NCBI GenBank assembly: GCA_030704615.1
Contig: JAKLZA010000054.1
Span: 1-25,000, forward strand
Direction of reading: 5' to 3'
Length of the DNA stretch: 25,000 nt
Source: Takakia lepidozioides
Lineage: Eukaryota; Plantae; Bryophyta
The notes beneath the pieces are model-generated. The model was given only the letters and a program-made list of their open reading frames with translations. It was not told the DNA's origin and made no database searches. Positions 12,125 to 21,632 of the stretch are shown in pieces. The translations under genes were made by a program, and so were the position numbers. Each line of letters begins with the position of its first letter. Position 1 is the stretch's first letter.

Positions 12125-12556
12125 TTACCCCGGCCCAACCTTGGGAATATCATAATGCTCGCTAAGATTTGCTAAGTACTGGTTAAATTCTTCAACCCTA
12201 TCGCGATGAGACTTGCTTGCCAATTTGGCCAGCCGACGCACATCCAACTTGCCTTTCTGTTCAGCATACCTCTTCTCCGCAGGAGTGCGGTGGTCCTCCA
12301 AAACAGCCAGTTGCGTCTCCCCCCTTCCCTCCTCCCCTTCACCATCATCCCGACCTTCCGACCCAGGTTCGTCCTCAAAAGACTGTGTGGGAGACAAGCT
12401 CCCGTCCTGGCCGGCCAGCAACAGCAACTGCTGCTGCTGCTTCTCCCTCTTCTTCTTCTTCTTCTTCTTCTTCTTCTTCTTCAGACCACCTGATTTCACA
12501 TCCAGCGCCTTCCCCTTCAACTTCAGTTTCCCCCCCACCACATTGTTGTACGACAT
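12125..12556 (-). CDS. FAM32A: FAM32A-like / DUF1754 small nuclear protein, single-exon CDS, 143 aa
   Basis: MSYNNVVGGKLKLKG...poly-K...TPAEKRY...ASKSHRDRVEEFNQYLANLSEHYDIPKVGPG* matches the diagnostic FAM32A N-terminus and C-terminus. ATG 12556 is preceded by TTTAGCAG|G, a likely 5'UTR intron acceptor. Confidence 0.92.
   Translation of the reverse strand: MSYNNVVGGKLKLKGKALDVKSGGLKKKKKKKKKKKREKQQQQLLLLAGQDGSLSPTQSFEDEPGSEGRDDGEGEEGRGETQLAVLEDHRTPAEKRYAEQKGKLDVRRLAKLASKSHRDRVEEFNQYLANLSEHYDIPKVGPG
12449..12481 (-). repeat. (AAG)11 coding microsatellite encoding poly-Lys in FAM32A
   Basis: (CTT)11 on the + strand, adjacent to a short (CAG)n encoding QQQQ. Confidence 0.9.
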
Positions 12557-12751
12557 CCTGCTAAACCGACCTGGTGTCAAATCCAGCACCCCACACTTCA
12601 ACCCTCACTTCACTCCTCCTCCCTCCAACATCAAACCAGCTGCTGAAATACCCAAGCATCCCTGTGGACAACGCACGTTCTCTTCTCCTCCCTGCGAGCG
12701 ACCATCGCTCGCTTTCCTGCACCTCCTCTTCTCTCTCTCTCTCTCTCTTCT

Positions 12752-12805
12752 CTTCTTCTTCCCAGTCTTTCGTAATAGCTTCTTCTTCCCAGTCTTTCGT
12801 AATAG
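12752..12805 (+). repeat. Perfect 27-bp tandem duplication
   Basis: CTTCTTCTTCCCAGTCTTTCGTAATAG x2 (12752-12778, 12779-12805), next to a (CT)n tract. Confidence 0.9.
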
Positions 12806-14038
12806 CGGTGTTTCACGTGGAAAAAGATCAGGATGATACTTCGTTCCATCCATCTAACTGTCCTGACGGTTACTTATCCACTTTCTGTAGGAATATTCGT
12901 TATCGTGCACGAGTGCCGGCCGTTGCAGGAGGAAAACGACAAGAGCGACGAGGTATTATTCGTAAAATAAAAACAGAATAAGAATGTATTCCGGGAATGA
13001 TCGTATTATTTACCGCAGTCGTCGGAGTCTCGGTGTTTCCGAGAGAGAGAGATCTCATGTCGTCTTGCAAATCGTGCTGGAGCGATGGGGAGATGGTTAG
13101 GAGCGGAGGGGCGGATGGCATTGTTGAGGTGCTTCTGAGTGGCAGCTGCAAAGTTCCTGGAAGGTTTGCTATGGCACTGTCGAGGTATGACTTCGCCAGC
13201 GTTTCGACAACTCTTTTTGAACTCTTTGCAATCTATCGACATTGCAGAGATTTGGTCTGTATGGGGCGCTGACAGAATTCAATTTGGTTGAGGGATTTTG
13301 TGAGCAAGTCATTTTCCCGTCAAGGTTTGAGCTTGGTCTTGCTTTTTGCTTTCCTAGCAATCCGAGAGGTGAATCCGTTCTCAAATTGTTCAGCAGCAGG
13401 ACAATCTCCTGTTGTTGATTGTACCATGCGTCATGCGGCGATCCATTTTTCAATTCAGATTTCGCCAGCGGTAGGGTCCCATGGAGGAGGGAGACAAGCA
13501 GAGTTGTTCACTTCCACACTACTATGCTGCTCTGAGTCCTACGCTTGGTGGTCACTTTCTGGTTGCCATTGCTAAAAAGGGATTGAGAGGCATGCACGAC
13601 GAGCGTACTCCAGCGGAGTATAGCTGCAGGATAAGGAACTCTGGCTGGTTGTCGGGGTTGCCAACTGGCTATCGCGATTCGTTCGGGGAGCCAGCTGGCT
13701 TCTGCAGATTATGCACCGCAATTATGATGCTCTAGAGGGGAAATGTGGCCTGTGAGGGTCAGTGGCTCTGTCATTTCTTGCGAGTGCTTTCTGGATCGTG
13801 TGTTGAAAGGATGAACTGTTTCCAAACAACAAGGTTCAAAGTTTCATTGGGATGACTAGTTAGATTTTGTCCGGGAGTTCATGGTTGATGGGCAGCGATC
13901 GATAACTGCAATGCCCCTTCCAGAGACTCGATTTCACAGCTCTTTTCCGTGCCTGTGAATTGCTCTCTCTCCCCTCAGTTCTTACAAAGTACTGCATGAG
14001 ACTCGCTCATGCTGTAAGTAGTCACTGCTTTCTCTCAT

Positions 14039-14200
14039 TGGCAGCCTACCTACACGAGGCCTTCACCCTTAGACAATCGCTAGAACATTAATTGTGGTTT
14101 CTGGATTTGTTCCTCTCTCATGTTTTCTTCCATTTTGTCCCATAAGCTCTATGAGCTTTCCGCGGACGTTATAAAGCACCATTTCATTTCATTTCATTTC
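14039..14200 (+). mobile_element. 5'-truncated LINE copy A (last codons, 3'UTR and (ATTTC)4 tail)
   Basis: Encodes ..AAYLHEAFTLRQSLEH*. Nearly identical to the reverse complement of 17983-18137. Flanked by TCTCAT (14033-14038, 14199-14204). Confidence 0.85.
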
Positions 14201-14205
14201 TCATG

Positions 14206-14608
14206 GGGCGGTTCAGGGTGGGTTCCCACAATCCCACAACCTACGGATAGAGACTGGCAGATGGGAAAACCTGCAATGGGAGGACCGCCTATGTCCAGCC
14301 TACACAGGGCGCAGCCAGGAAATTGAAACTGAAGAACACTTCTTCTTCTATTGCCCTCTATACTACGAGATCCGCGGGAGATTCCACTGTTTATTCCGTG
14401 GAACCCAATCTCTCACTGAAGTCTTCCACTATGAGGATCAGAAGTGCTTGGCAGCTTACCTGCACGAGGCCTTCACCCTTAGACAATCACTCGAACAATA
14501 GTTCTTATTCTTGGCTTTGGTTTTGTTTCCTCTCTCATGTTTTCTTCCATTTTGTCCCATAAGCTCTATGAGCTTTCCGCGGACGTTATAAAGCACCATT
14601 TCATTTCA
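14206..14608 (+). mobile_element. 5'-truncated LINE copy B (C-terminal zinc-knuckle region of ORF2, 3'UTR and tail)
   Basis: GRFRVGSHN/LRIETGRWENLQWEDRLCPAY..EIETEEHFFFYCPLYYEIRGRFHCLF..LRQSLEQ*, frameshifted by an 8-bp duplication (TCCCACAA x2). The RFR.SH.L.IE.GR..C..C..E.E.HF..CP.Y motif is typical of RTEX/L2-CR1-group LINE C-termini. TCTCATG flanks both sides. Confidence 0.85.
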
Positions 14609-15633
14609 TCTCATGCTGGGCACTCCAACAATGAAAGACCCTTGGATAAGATTGCATTTTAGTGAATCACAGTAGATGTTGACAACTAGGGGTTTAAGCA
14701 TTTGTGAATACCTTTTTCTCTCTTCAGATTATTATAACTGTGTTGGAGCATGCTGGGAGATCTAACAGCAGCACCTCTGTGGAAAGGGGATACAATTGAA
14801 GGCCTAGGAAGGAGATGCCTTTGTACTCGATGAATTGCATTAAAAAAGGTATCCAGTTTGGGTAGGGCTAGGAGGTAGGACCAGGTGATGTAATCGAAAC
14901 TATTTCTGTTCTAGAGCAGTGAGAGGCTCCATGGTATAATGTACACTGTCCGGCATTCCTTTTGTGACTTCAGCCTTACGTAACTGACCACAGCCAGAAC
15001 ACCTACTACCTCTCAACTACACCCATGCCTAGAACTTCACATGCTGCATGTGAGAGTGTCCAAAGTGTCTGTTTTCCATGTTGTGTTTTGAGACTGCCGA
15101 GTAATACACCTGGCTTACAGAGCTATCAATCTGGGCAGGTCATGGTCTACAATGTCCTCTTTTCTCCTGGCCAATTTTATAGATCTCCATCAAAAGTTCT
15201 TAAATATTGCCTATTCCATAACAGAGCACTCTTGGCTGGGCCTAGAGAAATTCTGGAAGGCTCGGCATTATGTAGCAGGTTTGGGGATGCTTGCTAAGAT
15301 GTCTTAGTGTATCACAGAACTAGTGGTAATCCCTATGCTTTGTGGAATGCGTGCAGTATCATTAATCACCCTGAAAAATGCAAATAATGCAGGTGGAGTT
15401 GGACCTGTCTGACCTTTAGTATTGGCTACAAGGAGAGGACGCGGCCTGCCCTGAATATTGCAGAGTTTTATCTTTAGTGAGTGAAAACTGCAGACTGTTT
15501 TTTCCAATCCAAGCAGAGGGGGAGAAGTGGAGGAAGAATGACATAAGGAAATGGCAAAGATTCGGGTCTGCAGGGAAAAGTGGGTGTGAGGGAGGAAACG
15601 TATGAGTGAAATCAAGGTCAGTGGTTATAGAGG

Positions 15634-17428
15634 ATGGATATACAAGGAGAGAGCAGGAGGCTGATAGCAGATGAGGCGGGGGTTTCAGTAAGAGCAGGAT
15701 CGGGAAGGCCACAAGCATCAAAGCAAGAGTGGCCAATTAAGCTTTTGGGGTATTTGGGGTTGGGAGTGTTGGTGGGACTGATAGCAAGCCTTCGTATGGT
15801 ATACTCCGGGAGACTGACCCCTTATGCTGCATGGACCTCTAATTCGGTTACTCCTTCCTCACGTGTGCTTCCTTCTCAGGACTCCCAGGCTATGCATCAT
15901 AGTATCTCAGATGATGAACATATGTGGCAAACAGCAATGTCACCACAGAGGATCCGTCATAATATGTCAGATGATGAGCTTCTATGGCGAGCATCGATGG
16001 TACCACAGAGGCCCAGGATCCCCATCAAGCGCACCCCTAAAATTGCCTTCATGTTTCTTACAGTTGGACCCTTGCCCCTGGGCCCACTATGGGATCTTTA
16101 TTTTCAGGGACATGAAGATTTTTTCTCAGTCTATGTTCATGGACTTCCTGGCTTTGTTCCTGAGACACCACAGACATCTGTATTCTATGGACGCCAGGTG
16201 CCAAGTCAGGTGAGCTCCAAGCCACATGCTGGAAAGCAAACCCTACCAGCATTGTCACATGCTGGTAAGCCCCTACTGACTAGGTTGTTTTCTCGTTAAG
16301 TCGATTGATACCAGTCAGGACTGACTAAATAAACTTTCACAGCTGGAGGACATCTGTGTTTTCTGTAGCACACGTGATTGGATCATATTGTTTTAGATCA
16401 CCGTCTAATAGTATCTCCAGTTTCCTTGTAGCAAATTGCAGCAGGTTGTGGAGGTGAAACACAAAGCCGCAGAGTTTGTAAGAAAGGTCCTCTTTGCAAT
16501 TGACCAGATCACATCTTCATGCTATCCAGGTCTAAAACTTTTTAAGAGTTTCCACCGAGGATAGCCATATGGCTTGAGGGTGCCAGGTTTTTTTTTCCCT
16601 TTTTTCCCCCCAATTTGGGTTTTCCTGAAGAGGATGATCTCTACCAAGAAACAGACAATGCACCCAGTACAGCATTAATTGCTAAGAAGCTCCAAAGCGT
16701 CAGACAGTGCCAACATGTAGAAATGAACCATGATCGCCTTGCTGGGAGTGATCTTCCACTTCTGTTGATGCTATGCCATTACTGCTCTGTCAATGTAGGA
16801 GGCAAAGTGGGGTGAAATTTCAATTATCGATGCTGAAAGGCGACTGTTGGCCAATGCCTTGCTGGATTTTTCAAATGAGTATTTCGTCCTCATTTCAGAA
16901 ACGTGTGTGCCGCTCTTTAATTTCACTTTCACCTACGACTACATTACAAACTCAAAGCAGAGCTTCATTCAGTTCTTTGATGATCCAGGGCCCCATGGGC
17001 GAGGCAGGTACAACCCACAAATGTTACCAGAGGTTTCTCTAGATAATTGGCGCAAAGGCAGCCAGTGGTTTGAAGTGAATCGAAAATTGGCCATTTTCAT
17101 TATTGCAGATGTAAAGTATTATCCCAAATTACGAGACTTTTGTAAGCCACATTGCTATGTAGATGAGCATTACATACCCACTATGTTGTTTATAGAATTT
17201 CAGTCAGAGCTGGCAAGTAGGAGCATAACATTTACTGACTGGTCAAGGGGGGGATCCCATCCCGCCATGTTTGGGAAGGCAGATGTAACAAAGGAATTTC
17301 TTACACACATTCGGGAGGATCGGAATTGTGTTTATAATGACCAGCCAGGGGAAGTCTGCTCGTTGTTTGCTAGAAAATTTTCTCCAAATGCTTTGGAGCA
17401 TTTACTAAAGCACTCACCATTTCCTTAG
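15634..17428 (+). CDS. Core-2/I-branching beta-1,6-GlcNAc-transferase-like protein (GT14-like, DUF266/BC10 type), type II membrane, 2 exons, ~401 aa
   Basis: Exons 15634-16209 and 16799-17428 (CAG|GTGAGC ... TGTAG|GAG). TM LLGYLGLGVLVGLIASL. Motifs HNMSDDELLWRASM, PKIAFMFLT.GPLPL.PLW, WGEISIIDAERRLLANALLD, FVLISETCVPLFNF, WRKGSQWFE, CYVDEHYIPT, TDWSRGGSHP, LFARKFSP. Confidence 0.93.
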
Positions 17429-17920
17429 CAAACTTATTGCCTCCCCCTGTCCTCTCACCCTTTTTCCTCTATCCACATCTAAGTGCCTGTGGATGGACAC
17501 ATGACATCTGTTCAGTACATGTCTGATTGCCTCTTCCACTACCTTCCTATCCATTTAGGTTTGAAAGTTTTCCCTTTTTCTTTTCTATTTGCATATCAAG
17601 CTTAGTTGTAGATTTAATTGAGGCTAAATTTATCTGGGATTTTTGGAAGGCCTTCATTGCTCAACTGTTACACCACACATTTGGGATATGTGAACTTTGA
17701 TCAGAGCTTTCATGTACAGTTTCTTGTCTAGACTTGAGCTTGGGTTCCCATCAACAATTAGGTGAAGGTCATCAGAAGCTTAGTTTTTTGTTGTGATACA
17801 ATTGGAGTGAAGTCTGTGTATCGAGGGGCCAGTGGATGGAAAGAGAGGATGTCTGGCTTTGCGGATTTTATTACTTTCTTTGCTTGTAGAAGAGATTGTC
17901 CTAATAACAGTTGATCTGGA

Positions 17921-17976
17921 GAAATGAAATGGTACTTTATAATGTCTGCGGGAAGCTCAAAGTGCTTATAGGACAA
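17921..17976 (-). mobile_element. Diverged extreme 3' fragment of the same LINE (copy D)
   Basis: The reverse complement TTGTCCTATAAGCACTTTGAGCTTCCCGCAGACATTATAAAGTACCATTTCATTTC aligns with the 3' end of copies A-C with several substitutions. Confidence 0.8.
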
Positions 17977-17982
17977 GAGGAA

Positions 17983-18343
17983 GAAATGAAATGAAATGGT
18001 GCTTTATAACGTCCGCGGAAAGCTCATAGAGCTTATGGGACAAAATGGAAGAACATGAGAGAGGAACAAATCCAGAAACCACAATTAATGTTCTAGCGAT
18101 TGTCTAAGGGTGAAGGCCTCGTGCAGGTAGGCTGCCAAGCATTTTTGACCCTCATAGTGAAAGACATCAGTGAGAGTTTGGGTTCCACTGAATAAACAGT
18201 GGAATTTCCCACGGATCTCGTAGTATAGAGGGCAGTAGAAGAAGTGTTCTTCAGTTTCAATTTCCTTGCTGTGCCCTATGCAAGCTGGACATAGGCGGTC
18301 CTCCCGTTGCAGGTTATCCCATCTGCCAGTCTCTATCCGTAGG
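17983..18343 (-). mobile_element. 5'-truncated LINE copy C
   Basis: LRIETGRWDNLQREDRLCPACIGHSKEIETEEHFFYCPLYYEIRGKFHCLF..LRQSLEH* (intact C-x2-C..H..C knuckle), followed by the 3'UTR and (ATTTC)3 tail. Homologous to copy B. Confidence 0.88.
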
Positions 18344-18925
18344 AAAGAAAAAGAAAGTAAGAGCCACAAACAGCCGAAAGCAACTCTGCTGGAAGGCTCC
18401 AGGAGGGCAGCTCCGAACTGCAAAAGTTTGGAGGCTCCTGATTCCAGACAGAAGCTGTGTTTGGCCAGTGCAATGCTCAACTTGTACTCCTGAAGGAGTG
18501 AAGGACTACCATCTTCACTTCGTTGTGCGCTTCGGGATCTATTTCTTTGTCATCATGCAATCCAAGCAGCTTCATATTTGATCTTTCCTTCATAATTAAC
18601 TTGAAGGATCTGCCAATTCCAAAAGCACAGGGGACCACCACTACTGCAGTGGGCTAGCCGAGATGGAAAGTTATCAGAAGCTTGGGCTTATGTTCTGGGC
18701 CTATGGAGGGCCTCTGGCCTGTTTTGCTGCAATTGTGGCCTCTTACCATTTGTGCATCCTCTGGCTGGTGGAGGTTATCTCAGAAACTTTTGAAGCCAAT
18801 ATCTTCAAAAGCTTGGATACTTCCACCTTCAGCTCATATCTTACACCAGACTCAAGTGTTCACATGTCTATTTGAAAAAAGACAGTGAGAAATAGTGCCT
18901 GAAGTAGAAGTTGACATTGGTGCAG

Positions 18926-19894
18926 CTACTTGCCGATCGTTGTGGGAAATAAAATTCTATCCTGATACAGCAGACCAAGATGCCCTTCTGCTATGGGGCT
19001 CCTCAAGTTGACACCTAATGTCCAGATCGGGTGAACTTTCTTTCCGTGGTAAGATAGCATCTGGTCGAAGTACATCTTCCAAGGAGGGTTGTCTATCATG
19101 TCCACCACCGTGTTCATGGACGCTAGAAAGATGACAGCTTTCCATTTGGTAAACCCAAATGCATGTGCACCAGTACCACTACACCTAGAACCTAAATGCA
19201 CATCAAACAATACCACCGTCGTGGCGTCTGAGCAGTTCACAGGACCAGTGATCCCCAAGTACACCATGCCATCCCCTGCAGCAACGTCCAAGCCCTTTGC
19301 TAGCACAATTTGAGCTGTTTCTGGTGTCAAGGATGGGTGTAACTGAATATCGTCCTCAAAGAAGAACCTCCAAGAATTGTCATCGCAGCTCTTGTCGTCC
19401 ACAAAGCTTTGCATGATATCTGCAAACGCCATGCGGTTGGAGTATACCTTGAGGAAGAACCCATTAGCCGTGTGGTAACCTCTGGTCCCTGTGAACTTCT
19501 CCAAGCCGCTTATAACTTCTGTTGATTGAAAGGATGGGGGTATGTGCCGAGAAACCACAAAATTCAATTTCTCTAGGACAGCTTTTGTGTGATTGTAACG
19601 TTCATCAATCATGCTTAAAACTACTCCTTCAAAATCTTCAAAATCCAGGGGAACAGTTGTTGTGAAATCTGTTGTATGATTCAAATCACGTGAGTGAACA
19701 GTTATCCTTGTCATGACTCCTTCAAGACGTTGGCCCACAGATGGTAGGATGCCTACAGAAGGCTGCAGAAAAGTGTTAACCATGCCGCCACCTTGCAGAA
19801 GATTACGTGTGACGATCACACAGATGCAAAGCACCAGCCCTGCTAGGACAACCCCTTGCACCAAGAAACGCAGGTTCAAAGATGTTGGAAGCAT
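18926..19894 (-). CDS. Type II membrane protein with intronless CDS, putative GT25-like glycosyltransferase, paralog 1 (322 aa)
   Basis: Uninterrupted ORF with Kozak-like GCCATG, collinear with the 21633-22595 paralog. N-terminal hydrophobic anchor FLVQGVVLAGLVLCICVIV. Motifs GVVLSMIDERY, RFFFEDDI, GMVYLG, GAHAFGFT, YFDQML. The CDS call is strong; the GT25 assignment is moderate. Confidence 0.75.
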   Translation of the reverse strand: MLPTSLNLRFLVQGVVLAGLVLCICVIVTRNLLQGGGMVNTFLQPSVGILPSVGQRLEGVMTRITVHSRDLNHTTDFTTTVPLDFEDFEGVVLSMIDERYNHTKAVLEKLNFVVSRHIPPSFQSTEVISGLEKFTGTRGYHTANGFFLKVYSNRMAFADIMQSFVDDKSCDDNSWRFFFEDDIQLHPSLTPETAQIVLAKGLDVAAGDGMVYLGITGPVNCSDATTVVLFDVHLGSRCSGTGAHAFGFTKWKAVIFLASMNTVVDMIDNPPWKMYFDQMLSYHGKKVHPIWTLGVNLRSPIAEGHLGLLYQDRILFPTTIGK

Positions 19895-21632
19895 GGCTAT
19901 CTGCTGAGCAGGGTTGGGTTTGCAAGAGTGGTGTCGAAGTTATTGAGATATAAATCTGTGATGCACACACTACCAAATTCATATCAGTGAAGAGTCCCCG
20001 AGCCCAGGAATTTAATGAATTCTGCCTCACATAAACTGTTGATTCGCTTGAAGGTTAGATGTTCCTCACCAATTTCAAGTCCAAGTTAGAGGATGACTTC
20101 TCGTGGGTTACTTCGCGAATTGCTTCAGTTTGTCATTTTGTCCGAGGTGAGCTCATGTGCATAAGCCATAACCGGCCATAGGATGAAGGTCAGAGATCTG
20201 CGTCCACCCAAAAGGACAAATTGACTGAAAAGCATGATGCCATCTGGATAGGCGAAATTTGTCTAACATGTAAGGGTAGATCAATGAGCGATGCTTTGAC
20301 TAGGGAGCCGGGTGTTTGAACAGCGCAACTACTCCAGATCCAAGCACAGAACTGAAAAGAATAGTTGTTAAGCACTGGGACTTTGTCTGAGATTCAAGTG
20401 AAGGAGCAAATAGCGCGATGCAATGGCAAAATGCATATATACATTCTTTGTATCATGCAATGCCTCTTTCAACGCTTTTCTTTCTCCTCAAGATTTCAGA
20501 GGTGTTGATTTCGAACGTCACAAGCAAGCCTGTTAGAATTCTGCTCAATTAGTAACATGATCTTGACATGTGTGAAGTACCTCTCCTCTATGTTCACAGG
20601 GAATCTCCTATTTGCACCCTTCTCTCTCTCTCGTGATCTTGCCTTCACTAGACAATAATGGCCAGCAGCCACGAATACGTCCATTTGTCTGGCATATTAA
20701 CCTTCATACAGAATAATCGTGCGCACATAGCTCTTGAAGTCGTTATCATTTCAGCCTCCGACTACTTTCGGCCATCCTCACTGTGCTGCGTTGCTCCTTT
20801 AGTATCGCCTGCAATGCGTGGAACGTACGGTATCCTTGTCATTCCTTCCATTCCACGAGAGAGAATGTGAGAGAAAATGTTTACGTATTACATCATGGCC
20901 ATTTTTTTGTAACAACACCTTCCTGCATTTGATACAGGTAGTCGGATTCGAATCCAAAAAAACCCATCAATTCGATCTCCCCAGAGATTTTCCCTACAAG
21001 ATCATTCCTGTTCTTTCCCGATGATTCTCTCATGTCTGGGTTGTCCTCGGTGTGCATGTTGTCGGTACTCTTGAGGGGAGGTTAGGTCTTTGAGGTACTG
21101 CGCTAGTGTGGGCAGTTATATCCATGGACTCAGGATAGCAGGTTCACAATCACGGTATCAAAAAACGATCCTAAGGTGCCTAACTATCTCGTGTCTAAGA
21201 AAGTCAGGCTTCACACCATCAATTGATGGCCACGAGACACAATACCCCCTGCAGCTCAAACCAAATACTCGATAACTCCTATCCAGCTCAGAGATCATGT
21301 ACAGTACAGAGTAGTTATGTGCAATATGCAGCGTGCCACGTCTTAATCACCTGGCCAGCAACTCGCACGGCTAATCTTGCTTTAGAAACAGTACGTCCAA
21401 GGAATATTGTAAACATCTTGGTCGTGTACAGAGAATAGAGATGGTAAACACACCATCGTTTTGATGCAAATCTACTGCTACAAGGTAACTTTATTGCAGA
21501 AACAAGGTGCATGCAAGCTCACATCTCACTGAACTGCTAAACAAGTTGCTCGTCAATCACACCATGTCACTGCTTGAATGAGAGTTGAAGTTGAAGTTGG
21601 AATTGGGGTAGAGCATGATTGCGAGCTCAGAT

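Noticed and set aside
12752-12805. Repeats as a CRISPR-like array
   Set aside because: Two adjacent copies with no spacers, in a eukaryotic context.
12206-12981. Several plus-strand ORFs with poly-F, poly-L or poly-S
   Set aside because: Artefacts of the (CTT)n and (CT)n repeats antisense to FAM32A.
16223-16277. Short imperfect repeat CACATGCTGG.AAGC..CCCTAC in the GT14-like intron
   Set aside because: Small local duplication with no evidence of function.
18085-18480. 131-aa ORF as a host gene
   Set aside because: Chimeric: flanking DNA read into the truncated LINE copy C.
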